Positions 38,353 through 51,000 of a stretch of DNA of 64,000 nt are shown piece after piece. The DNA is from Octopus sinensis. Lineage: Eukaryota. Every line of letters starts with the position of its first letter. Positions within the stretch are counted from its first letter, which is position 1. The position numbers and the translations under genes are program-made. Under the pieces are notes generated by a model. The model saw only the letters and a list, made by a program, of their open reading frames with translations, searched no databases and had not been told where the DNA came from. The stretch spans positions 434,001 through 498,000 of the forward strand of contig NW_021835996.1 in the NCBI RefSeq assembly GCF_006345805.1, in the 5' to 3' direction.

Positions 38353-41300
38353 TTAAAAGGCACTTGCGGTTGCACGCATGATGGAGTGTGCATTGCCGCG
38401 AACGACAGCTATTCCAATTTGTTGGAATAACCATGACACTTCTCGAGGCTCCCCACGTCGCCTAGCAACTTTTCCTCCGACTTCTCTGATGAAAGAAGTC
38501 GTAAGAGGGCCGGTTACCCCAGAAGTCTCCACAGCGATAGGTACGAAGCGGTACCGTTGTCCAAGATTTGCATATTTGGCAATTTTTCTTTGCTCTGCAG
38601 CATCTGCTGCAGAACCTGGAGAAACAGCAGAAGAGATCATATTAGTTTTGGAATGGGTGTCAACACACGTTGAATCCCAAACCAACGATTTTCCACAGGA
38701 GTAGGGAAAAGTGGTCATTCCATCGGGTCTTTTCCCATCTCCACGATCTAAGCCCACTGGCTCTAGGATCGAGGGGAAGGCCGCCGACTCAAGAGCTCTT
38801 AAGATAACATTGTTAATAGCGGAGTGCCGAGGAGCTCGGCCAGCACTTCGTTTGCAAGAGAGTGGGTGTACACCTTTGACGTCAACCATTTTTCCACATC
38901 TACAACGATGTTGTTCGCAGATGTCAAGTCCGAGTCTCAGTGCAGTACCGATACGCATGCAGTCATCCTCTAATAATGTTCCGAGGCCAGCAATTGGCAT
39001 AGCATTCAGCCATGACCCACTGTGTGGCACAGCTGCAGAGCGTAAGCAGGCGAGGCGGTGCTGGTCGAGCCTCATTGCCAGGTTGTCTGCGGTGAATTCG
39101 CAGCGTAATTTGTCCCAGCTCTGTTGGAGTGATGTTTGGATCGGGAATTTTAATCCTGATTCCTTCCACAGCATACATCCATCTTCAAAAGGCCTGTCCA
39201 AAGAAGATTCGGGGGATTTATGTAGAATCTCCAAGGATAGCCTTCGGCAGGATGAGTGAGAGGACAGGAAAGCTGGGAGGGCAAGGTCCAGGGCGGATCT
39301 TAGGCCAGCTCCGCCAGAATTAAGAGGTAGTTTACACTGGGTCCACCCATCATTATCGAAACGGACATTTAGGATCCACTCGGCACACAATCTTAACGTA
39401 TCATCGATAGAATGCAATATTTCATCTTGTATAAAGCAGGGCGAGCATCTCAATAAATATAACAGTTTGGGCACGTGGATGCAATTTTTGAGGAAGAAAA
39501 AGGCCGTGTGGGAGTCAAGTAGAGAGAGGCGTTCAGTAAAACGGGACATTTCGACACTCTTAGCTCTGAGGTGGTTTTGCACTTCGGACTCTCCGAAAGG
39601 ACACCAAGAAAATAAACATCGTTGAGGGTGTTTGTTTGTGTCTGGCAAGATTTCTGAAATCTTTTCCATTACTAAGCCAAAGTCTTGAATTGGGACTGAG
39701 ATATTTATGATCTCAGTTTTTTGGTGTTGATTATCAGCCCCATTTTGCCCAGGGCAGGAAACAATTTATATAACTCATCCAAGACGACATCAACAGGGCC
39801 ACCAATAGTGGCATCGTCAAGGTACCAAAGGTTGAGAGGTGTCTTTACATTACGAGCCACCTCGTCGATTAACAGAGCGAATAGTAAGGGCCCAAGAGGG
39901 TCACCTTGTTGGACTCCAGTCCGTGAACGGACAATGTGTTTGTCAAAGACAAGCGAACTTTCGGACCCGTAAGCAAGGTGAGCCACACTCATGATTTCTG
40001 GGGTACGCTGCGAGCACGATTCCAGCATACAGTCCCTTCTCAGACTGTTGAACGCGTTTGAGATATCCAGCTTCACCGCAAAGGAATTTGGGGAATGTCT
40101 TGTGTCAGGTGAAAAAAAAGCTCTTGTCGCGTGGACAGCAGCTTCACATCGTTGGAAACACCAACTCCCAGTTGGACTGGAGATAATTCAGCGGCAACAC
40201 GGGGACAGACTCTTCGGGCTGCAATTTGCATGCGAGCCTCCGGAAGACATTACCGACTGCAATGGGGCGGACTCCTCCATCGTTCTTTCGGAAAGCAATA
40301 AGATGTGAACAGAAAAGTAGATCCCTTGCAAAGCCTGAAATCTCAGCATTGACAATCCGTTCGACAAGCTCGGTAATACACTTGATCAGGCGGATTCCAG
40401 TCTCCATAGTCAATCGGGAAATCATGTCCTTTATATGACTCGGCCGGAGACCATCAAATCCCCCACTGCTACTCGGTCTGAAAGATTTAATCCCTTCCAA
40501 AATTTCATCATCAGAAATTGACAGTATAATTGCATTGTCTCGTGTGGGAAACTCCCGTAAGTCATCTGGGGGCATCGGATGTTTGTTTTTGAGGTGTTCC
40601 AAAGTCTCGGCAGTAGATTCAGCAAGTGAATCAGCGGACGAAAGGACCCGAACTGCCGCACGGATGTCGCCATCCATGAGTTTACGACTAACTTGGGTTT
40701 TGAACCACTGGGGGGATTTTTCCGTGATGCACGTTTGGTAATTGGTCGCTTCACAATCGAAATCAATCCATGAGACATCCAATCTCGCAGAGTTCGACTT
40801 AATGGCAGCCGAGAGACTCTTCTTTTGTACTGAACCATCAATTGCTTGTCCAAACACACAAGGTGCAAAAGAGAGGAGACGGATCCAAGAATGGTCCCCC
40901 CCGGAGCTTAGCGCATCAGTGATAAGATCGCACAAGCAGTTTGCCGCTGAGATCCGAGCCTGTTTAGGGATACGTAATGGTATCTTCTTAGATTTCCGTA
41001 AGTTGGAAATTTTGAAAATAGTGTTCTGATTTGGGTTCATGAAGCGAAGGAGACTGATGCTGCGAAGCCGCGATTCCGAGTAAAGCCATACAACAGTGGC
41101 AGCTCCAGCGCCGGAGTAATTTCACTGCGGCTTTGGTAAGGTGCGCGCAGCTAATATGCCAGAATTTATTACACATTGAACAGTAAACGCCACATTTCCT
41201 GGTGTTGATCTTATTACACCCATAACAGATAGAGGGATCCCTCCCAACTATCCGAAGAGTTTCCATCGTCTTGGAGTCTTCTTCTTTCATTATATTTCGC

Positions 41301-41434
41301 TCACTCACCTCACCACAAGAAAAACACCTCACCACAAAAAGAACAAGCGGTGTTTTTAGAGCCTTATTTCGTAATGCATAAGATGCACAAGTACCAAATT
41401 TTGTACTACGGCAAAAACGTGAAATAAAGATCAA
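38353..41434 (-). mobile_element. Near-full-length CRE-clade retrotransposon: N-terminal PHD finger, RT, CCHC knuckle, RLE endonuclease
   Basis: PHD CYGC..CSMC..H..C..W.CHCC, then IPKQARISA, GGVRPIAVGNVFRRLA, KLDISNAFN, GVQQGDPLGPLLF, YLDD, CRCG..H..C..RH and RPDG..WDSTCVD. Four frame breaks. Confidence 0.92.
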
Positions 41435-41573
41435 AGTTGTCTTTTTGATACTATTTACCTCAGAACTTGAGGTATTTTATATTCTTTAATATATAAAACC
41501 TGTTCTAAAATTTATAAGTTAATATTTTATTTCTTAAAATACACGTTAGTTGTGTTGCAATTGAGTAATATCA

Positions 41574-44500
41574 ATGTCAATTACGCTTTTCAAAATCGAA
41601 CATGCACAAATAAAACACACAGCAAAGGACCTACAAAAATCCTTTCTGGTGCCAGTTTGTCGTCTTTTCGGCCACACATTATGTGGTTCTCTACAAATAA
41701 ACAATCAATTAATAGGAAGTAGTGTGTGCTGTCACCTGCATGGGCTATTTCCGTATTTTTATGTCCGCGCCCCCAACGAAGACTGCACAAAAGCCGATTT
41801 TTTAAACAAACTGAAATTAGAGATTGATAAATGTCTTAGTACTGGACAACCAAGGAGGTTCGTTCACAAGATCGACATAGAGGACGCTTAGTATATAATA
41901 ATTAAATATATATAGTTCAATTTATGGTTATCATTCAAAAAGTTGTAAATTTTTAAAAATATCTTTTTTATCTCCCGCATCAATTCCAATGTACTATGTA
42001 TATTTATTGATATTAGAGCAGCTAGAGAATTGTTGGAAGGGAATGTTTTAGGAACACCAATGCAGCCCTTTGAGTCACATATCCCCTTCCATCTTCAGGT
42101 GACATACTCCTCATAATCAATAGGTCTGCATTGATCTTAACATAAGTGGAATGGCTTCATTTGAATTCAGTTCTTTTTCTGGTAGAATCGGTTTAGATTG
42201 GATTTTGTTATTTTAGGAAACATTTCTCGACATTCCTGTCAGTTGGTTGACTGTTTTTGTCATAAATTTCGTATAAAGTTTGTTAAAATTACAAAAATCA
42301 CAAAAATAGTAAAACAGGCAATGTAGATAATAATTTGACAACATGTGATATTGAAATTGACGTGAATTGTCGCGATATCATTAAAAATGATACATGTAAT
42401 GATTATTTTTGATTTTTTTATATTAAGAACATTTTATATTGTTGTTAGATCACGAATCCGCACTCGACAAAATGTGTTTTCGTTTAAAGAACGATTTTCC
42501 TGATCAAGATCTTCTCAACTCTTCAATGCCAGAACAATCTGGTAATTAATTAGAATAAACTATTTCAGAAAGGTCTCATGCGAGGGCTGATGATCACTTT
42601 GTTACAAAATTGAGGGATTTTGTCTTAGAAAACCAATCGGCTTCACGAGATCTATTTTCCCAGAATTATAGCTGTTTAATCTCATTAATTACACTCAGTA
42701 ACATCCTCCGACTTTTTGCAGGCAGCAAAGATTTCAGATATGTGCAACGAAATTCAGCCTAATAATTATGACGAAGAAATAATCAGAGAGGTTGAACTAT
42801 CTCAGGAATTCAACTATTCGTTGGCCGATTTGTCAGAAACACAAAAATTCTATAAAAAAGATTGCATATCAACAAATACTGTCTATATTCCCAACATATA
42901 CAACCTAAAAAATAGCTACAAGTAATTATATCCCAATATAATAGATTGTCGGGTCACAAGCAACTCAGTTCTCTCAGAAAATGTCAAATGGTATCTATAA
43001 TGCATGTTTACAACTCCCTAAGATTCGTTTTGTACCCGAAAAGTCTCTAAGCTTCACTCATCTCGAAGATTCTAATATAAACTCGTTTTTCAGTGCAATT
43101 GATAATACAAGAGGAGTGGTTAATCATATAAACGACGATGACGTAATACCATCAGTTGCAGTATTTACTCATAAATCTAAAATAGGATTCTCCCTTCAGT
43201 ATTTTAAACTTGGAAGTATTTTGTGATAGTAGGAATGGACTTTGTCCCGATCCTTGTCAGGATTCGATAAGATTTGTCGTTTGCTGTCTCCAAACTCGAT
43301 CGTTGGTCTTGATCTGGGAAACTTTTGTCCTCCAGGATGAACGTTTGGTGGAAAAAAGTCGATTTGGATTGGAAATATGTCCGGTTGTCGTGTATTCCGA
43401 AGTTGATTTGATAGAAAAGGTGATTGAATATATAATTCGGTTGATGTTGGTGGTGGTTATATGTTAATTAGACACGACCCTGATTTATTAATTGGGTTTG
43501 AAACTGAAAAATCGTCCTGGGGATATTTAATTCAGAGGGGACAGATATTGGGGATTTATTTAGCAGGTCGAATTGGTAGAATTCGAGAACTTCAGTTAAA
43601 AAATCAAGGAAATGAGTACTCAAACTGCAATGAACTATCAGGAGAGGCTATTAGTGGTAGAATTTTACTAAATTTGTGGCGTATTATCAAACATGAGGTT
43701 AGTTAGCTGAGTTACTAGTTTAGGTTACACTTATTAACTATTCCTTTGAAGAGGTAGCAAGGAAGGTTTTAAAAATAAATGTACCGGCTTATTCACAAAA
43801 AACATTATTTTCGCTTTATTGTTCTGCATCAAGAGACAGGTAAACCACTAAAGTGTTTACTAAGTATAAATTTATTTGTAATGTCTCTTCTTCGCCAATA
43901 ATTAAATTGAATATATATTTATTGAATTGAATATATATTAATATATATTAATTCATTAAAATTAAATTTTAAGAGTTTCTGTGATTGAATATTTTCAAAA
44001 AAGATGTAAATATTTGTTTGAGATTATTGAGAAATTGAATGTACTTAATAAAGCGGTGGAATTTGCTAGAATATATGGAATTGAGTTTTACCACGTTTTC
44101 TCTCGAGGATCACAGTATCGAGTGGAGTCAATGTTACTGAGGGTAGCAAAGACACGGAAATTTATTTGCATGTCTCCCAATAGTCAACAAAGGGCTAATT
44201 CTGCTAAGCCACAACATATTCCTCTTGTCCTTGAGCCGATTCCTGCTTTTTACAAAGACCCGATTGTGGTACTTGATTTTCAGTCATTGTACCCTTCTAT
44301 TATGATTGCTTACAACTACTGTTATTCAACCTGTCTTGGTAAAGTTGAAGATATTATTTCTGGGAAACCTTTCACGTTTGGGTGTGGGTTGTTGAGTCAT
44401 TGTGTTTCTGAGATATCTGATGTGTTGGAGACTATTACAGTGTCGCCCAGTGGAACGGCCTTCGTGAGTCAGTCTGTGAGGAAAAGTATACTTGCAGAGT

Positions 44501-46011
44501 AATATCAATATTAAACTATTATTAGATTATTAGAACAACTCCTCAGTAGTCGAGTTATGTTTAAAAAAGCAGCTAAAAAAGTAGATCCAAGCTCGGTTTT
44601 TTATTATTTGTTATATTCTTGGCAGAGAGAGTTTGATAGGTTGAATGCTAGACAGTTGTGTCTCAAGTTGATTGCAAATGTAATATATGGATATACAGCA
44701 GCCGGATGGACGGGGAGAATGCCGTGTGTCGAGGTTGTGTTGAGTATTTTGATTTTAAGGTCAGTGATAGCATTGTCAGTATGGGAAGAGATACATTGGA
44801 GAGAGCCATAGCATTTGTGGAATCTAGTTTTGATGCAAAAGTGGTCTATGGGGATACTGATAGTCTATTCGTGCTCTTGGAAGGTCGGTCATTCGAGGAG
44901 GCATTACAAATTGGAGATGAGATTGCTGTGGCGGTCACCAAGAACAATCCATTCCCTGTTAAACTCAGATTTGAAAAAGTTTAATTATATATTTTAATGA
45001 GGTTTATTTACCTTCTATTCTATTGGCGAAGAAGAGATATGCTGGGTTGCATAGGACTATGACTGACAGGGAGGGATTCTTTGATGCCAAAGGGATAGAG
45101 ACCGTAAGAAGGGATTCTTGTGGATTGGTTTCCAAAGTAAGTACATTAATAAAAACTACAAAATAGATATTAAAGACTGAATTGACCTTGTTATTTTCTT
45201 CAAAGGTTATTGAGGAGATCGAAGTATATTTTAAAAAGCAAGTACTCAAAATTTTGGAGGGAAGATGTGATTTTTCAGACTTTATTTATTCCAAAATATT
45301 CCGAGGGTTTGAGAATTATACCACCAGAGTTCCTACTGTCGAGATTTCAAGACGTATGGAAAGCATCGATGCAATGAGTACTCCACTCCGGGGGGCACGT
45401 GTTCCCTACGTGGTTGTAAGCGGATCGAGACATGAGAAACTTATCAATCTAGTTCGACACCCTCTCGAACTAGTCTCCAGGAAGGATTTAAAAATAAATG
45501 TCGAGTATTATCTACACCGAGCACTCATTCCTCCCTTAAATCGAGTTTTTAGCACGATAGGGATTAATGTTGTGGACTGGTTGTTCCGGAATTACATTTT
45601 AGGGTGTTACAAGTACAAAAACAGTCCTTTTCGCGGGAATCATCTAGGAAGGTTGTTTAAAGAATATATTTTTAGGGCACGTTGTTTGATTATTTTCAAT
45701 ATAAGAGATGTCTGGGGTGTCATGCTTTGGATTTGGCTTCTTGTTTTTGCAGTGAGTGTAGGTCGAGACCAGGGATATTGAATAATCGAGTTTTATTGAG
45801 ATTTGGAGATTTGCAATTACAGAAAGATATGATTCAGCTGGTTTGTGCCATTTTTGATTAATTTGATTAGACTTGTCTTGGGTGTTCTGGACACAACAAT
45901 TGCACTGATAAATGTCAGTCCTGGTTTTGTCCAGTTCGTTTCAAGTTTATGAAATATTCCAATGACTATGACAGATTAAGGGACGTATTAATATTACGTG
46001 ACCTTTTTTAA
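41574..46011 (+). CDS. REV3L: DNA polymerase zeta catalytic subunit (compact)
   Basis: VCRLFG..CCHLHGLFPYFYV, DPDLLIGFETEKSSWGYL, SGRILLNLWRI, VLDFQSLYPSIMIAYNYCYSTCLG, LKLIANVIYGYTAAGWTGRMPC, VVYGDTDSLF, KGIETVRRD, and C-terminal CysA/CysB (CLGC..CSEC; CLGC..C....CP). Confidence 0.95.
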
Positions 46012-46404
46012 ATTATTTATTTGTTTTTTGTAATAAACGGTTTAAATTCGTTTCCAGCGTTCCCATTACAGCCAGAAGTTTCGTGAAATAGGCAAGAAAA
46101 TATGATCCCATAAATTTTTGATTAACTTGTTTGAATCCTCTAAGCCCATCCATAATCTCAAAATAAGGAATCATATGACGTAGTTCAGTCCAACACCAAA
46201 ATAGTCCAGACCAAGGGGTGAGGTACGGTCGGATTTTGAAGCACTTTCGGATTTTGGAGCGCTTTTTAAATTTAACATTTCAACAGAACAAAATGATAAA
46301 TCAATAAAAAATTATGGAAATTAAGACGAAGAATCCCGAATCCCTAGCTTGAGATGATGGGAAGGGTGTAAAGGAGGTCGCACAATTTGGGAGGTCCCTG
46401 TAAT

Positions 46405-46735
46405 GATATGGAGGGTCCTTAGATTTTGTAATGAATTGCGTAAAATATTATGGAATTTGAGGCAGTCCCTAGATGTGAGGATATAGGGTACTTTAGATTT
46501 TGTAATAGATTGCGTGATATATTATGCAATTTAAGGGGTTCTATAAATGTTAGGATGGGGGTACTTGAAATTTTTTAATGAATTACGTAATATATTATGT
46601 AATTTTGGGCGGTCGCTAGACGTGAAGATATGTGCATACTTGAGATTTTTTAATGAATTGCGTAAAATATTATGGAATTTGAGGCATTCCCTAGATGTGA
46701 GGATATAGGGTACTTGAGATTTTGTAATGAATTTT
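46405..46735 (-). repeat. Diverged inverted block of the ~75-bp satellite found at 60445-64000
   Basis: The reverse complement reads AAATTGCATAATATATCACGCAATCTATTACAAAATCTAAAGTACCCTATATCCTCACATCTAGGG, matching the satellite monomer. Confidence 0.9.
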
Positions 46736-48779
46736 TATAGTAGGTCTCAAATCTTGAGACAACGTATTTAGAAAATCCGTTCTGGATTGATAAAACCCTT
46801 AAACAAGAGATTGAACCGATGATTGCACATTCATGAGGATTTTATGATCTTGCCAATCACCTTGCTCTAACAGTGGATGTCATTTGTTGCAACATAGGGA
46901 ACCCCTTTTTTGAAAACTCCAAAAAGCGACTGATTACCTTATCTTACTTTTCACTCGTTTAATATAAATTCTTATACAACCATTATTTCATGATCAATTT
47001 TAAACTGGTTGAACCCTTCTTCGGTCATTTGATGCCGTTGCATCTCAAGGTAAAATTTCTTTTGATAAAACTATATAGTCAATTCAATTTCTTCTAAAAG
47101 CTCCTGCTCAAGACTTTGAACAATCATTTGCGAAACACGACTCAGAATCGTTCAGAAAAACGGATTAAATATTCTGCATACGTTTCTAGAATCTTTTTAT
47201 CAGCGCGTGGTGTATAATAAAATTCTTCAAGAGAAACAATCGATGAAATTTTACAGAGGTTTTGGTATCCTTTGCGCCCCTTGGCTAAAAGTACAAGTGG
47301 ATAGACGACTAAGTGACCTGTTATTCGTTATTTATCATGGCAGGAAAAGGAAGCTACAGTCACCTCAATCCCCATGATAAGCTTAATTCCTACTGCCTGA
47401 AAGCTTTAAAAAAGTCGACGGCGCCATACATGTTGCCAAAGTCGGTTTACGGCAAGATTCGAAAGCGCATAACTTTTCGCATTTTTGCTAGGGGTCTAGC
47501 CGATGCAGTAAAATCAAGAATTGAATACTGTGAATGAAAATGAAGTGGAATCAAACTTATGTTTAATTACCCGCCTGCAAGTTTGGTACGTAGCTTTCTG
47601 TTCCAAAAATGGTTAAAATAATTTCCAAATTGAAAAGGATATTGACATGACCAAGATTTCCATTAAAAACTGTATCACGCAAAAATCCTTTCGTTGATTT
47701 CATTTAGCAGTAAATATCAGCTGCTCATATAAATTTAAACCATTTGTATGCCCAGTCTATATAGACAAATCATCATTAGACTGATTTAATTTATTCGTGA
47801 TTTGAAGACAATTTGCAAAGTAAAAAGTTTTTGTCGTATTATTGAATTAAGAAAAAAACCATAAATTTAGACTGACTTTTTTCCAGAGCCAATCAAGCCC
47901 CAAAGGCCCCAAAGAAGAAGAAATCGAAGCGGATATAAAGGAAATGATAAGGCCATTTGGGAGTATCCTGGAGGTAAAAGAAGTGTTTACTATGGGGCAA
48001 TGATAGTTTTAATTAAAAAGTTTTCTAATATTTTTACTAAGCAGCGAATAAAAAATTTCTCTGAAGATGCACTTAGCTCTGATACTATTTCTTTGAAAAC
48101 CCTGATTAACCAGCTCAAAAACTTAATCAAAGTAAAAAGCTGATCTTTGACACGAACTTCTCCAAGATTTTAACTTAGTAACTCGCGCTGAAATAAAATC
48201 AAGCCTAACCAAACTTAAAATTGTTTTATCAGACATTGATCACTACCTTTTAATGAAGAAAAAAAAGATAGGATTTGAACAGGCTGAATTGGCTAGAAAA
48301 AATGGTTCATGTTCCCTTTATGGAAATTCTAAGAAAACCGCATGATGACTAAAAGGTTAATAAAAGCGCCAGATAACGGTGGACCCATCTTTAGTGATTT
48401 GTATGATCTCTTTAGGCTTACCCAACTCATTTCCAATCCTGACATTTCGGAAGAAGCTCATGAATAACCCTCTAAACTCCGTTCTAAGGAGATAATTTTA
48501 GCGAAAAGAAAAGTGCGTCCTTACGGATAAGGTATATCAAACCCTAAGCTTGCTCTGCGAAAAATCGATATTGAAGTCACTAAGTTTGCCGTTCTTTCCA
48601 AAGAAAAAACTTTTCCTTTTGTGACGAGTTAACTGAAGCATATGAAGATATTCGTTTAAAGTAGCGTTATCTTAATATTCGACATTCCGATGTTGCAGAA
48701 AAAATTGTCATGCGTCACAAAGCAATGTTGTGTAAGGGAGATCACTATAGTACACTGTTAGGCAGGAGTCGAGATGTGG

Positions 48780-49800
48780 ACTTCAGGCCTTCGAGGCACA
48801 CCCTTCCCCTTCGACACTTAGGAGGTTGGTGATCCATAGTTTGAGTTTCGACGGATATTCAGTTTGGAATATCTTCCTTGATAGGAGCTTCTTCGAGACA
48901 GATTTGAATACTTTATGGATGTCTACAAAGCAAAGCACGGTCTTTTGGTGCCTCGATTTGCTTGCAAAACCAGAAGGAATCAATTCCGTCAATGACTGTT
49001 ATGATGAAGACGTGGCCTTTGCCTTCTTGAACCTATGTTGAAAAGGCCTTTCGGATAAAAACTCTCCTATTCTTGCAAAAACCATCTTTTCCTGGATTTT
49101 TGTTATGGAACATAACAGAGAAACCAGCCTGAAAGATGCCGGATCGACTCTTGGTCTTCCAGTATCGGCCTTATTAGTGTCTTTTTTTATAATGACGGAA
49201 TCACAATATGGTTGATTGAATAGTTTAAGATAGATTTTAGAAACGTGACAAATTCGACACCGTAGTCGATTCGAGGGAAGAAAAACGTAAAATTTCATCA
49301 GGTGACGTAGGCCTATCAGTCACTCTGAGTGGAGTCATTGTGTTCCTCGATGGATCGTTTGTTAAGGAGTCCAATTGGTAAAGTAAAAGTTTCCCTCTCG
49401 TATCTGCCGACTGAGTTGACAGCCAAAGGGGATGTTTTGCATTCAGGTCCCCGCATAAGATGACCGCATTGACGGTGCCAGGTTAGAGAGAGTTGGGAGG
49501 CTATAGCTTTTCAGACAAGAACCGAAGGATGGAACGTACATATTGACCAGCCATATTCGTTCCTTTGTTGTGCCAAGCGAGATCCCAATTATCTCGGATA
49601 CCTCGTCAGCTTCGATAAGATTTCTCAGTTCTGCGGAGACATCTGTGTATTTCAAGTTGTTTCTGATTAGAGTGAGCACACCACCGCCTCCGTTTGCTTT
49701 GCCGTCCAGCCTGATAGCTCTGTAGCCTGGGAAAGCGGGCGTATGATCGTTAGGAGATAGTTTGGTTTCTTGTATCATGGCCAAGTTGGTTCTCAGGTTT
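48780..49800 (-). mobile_element. Decayed I/Jockey-like LINE (APE plus RT)
   Basis: MIQETKLSP..GYRAIRLD..GGGVLTLIR, GDLNAKHPLW, DPASFRLVSLLCSITKI and CFVDIHKVF. Confidence 0.85.
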
Positions 49801-50199
49801 GTCAGTAGATTTCAAAGTAAATAATCATCCGGAAAAAGGAACATTCAATTTAATAGACATAATCGGAGTAAATAATTATTAAACCCAGTCTGTGGCAGGT
49901 CTTTAATATTATCTAAACTTTTCCCGTTTTTACAAGATATGATAGAATTTAAGTTGATGTCATCCTAACTTAAATATGACTGACGCCGAGTCAACACTCT
50001 TTACATCTGCTGACATTTCACTTCAATTCCTTTTTTAGAAGGTGGATAAAGTTTTCATAAAAGCCCAACACTATTTTTTTGTTCGTGATGCAGTTGTGTG
50101 TTAATAAAGGATTAATAAATAAAGAATTCGATAGTTGTTATTCTCTGTGGTGCTAGAAGACGAAAAATGCATAGAAATGCTAAATCTTATTAGAGATGA

Positions 50200-50460
50200 T
50201 TTTTAGAAACTAAAATTGACCTGCTTAAATCTAACTTTTCAAAAAAAACCGTAACTTGTCAAAACATGCAATCATTTCCCATTTCAAATTTTACTTAAAA
50301 AAGGAAAAAAGAAAAATTCTTTTAATTATTGACCAATTCCCATCACACAAAATGTTAATCAAATTGAATTTATTAAAATTCTTCTTCTCCCAAAGACCTC
50401 TTTTGATTGGAGTGAATGTTCAAATCAAAAATTTTCTTTGTGAGGGACCTTCTCGAAACT
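50200..50460 (+). mobile_element. Possible pogo/Tigger (DDE_1) transposase remnant
   Basis: KRKILLIIDQFPSH resembles the LLxxDNxxxH motif. Heavily decayed. Confidence 0.4.
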
Positions 50461-51000
50461 GAATTAGATTTTAGGGCGCGAAAAATACAAGATCGCACTG
50501 GTATCAACTTTCTTGAATAATGGATAATTGAGTGTAAGCAATTGCCATCCAGTAAATTATTTTAACAAGTTTCACATGAATATCGACCTATTTTTTGAAA
50601 GCTATACAGTTTTAAAAATTGTAATTGGTTATGGAATCGACTTATCGTCGATACCTTGCTTTGATATCATTAAGGCATTTCCTCTGAGTCAGAAAAGAAG
50701 TTTGCATTTGAATCACCACATATCAGTAGATTCCTTTTTTTGAATTCCAAGTCTAAAAAAATTTGGGGAGTAAAAAATTCCAAGTAGGATCTTATTGGGA
50801 GAATATATTTATTGTGTAAAGTGAGAGAAACTAGACAAGAGATTCGAGGCATAGACTGTGACGACTTGATATGAATTCGAGTATTTTATAATTATGATTT
50901 AATAGAGAATGAATAAATAATTATTAATATTATAAATCAGAAAGTATAATTACTTAGGAAAAACGCGTTTCAATTCGAGAGTTAGGTGGTTTTAAATAGA

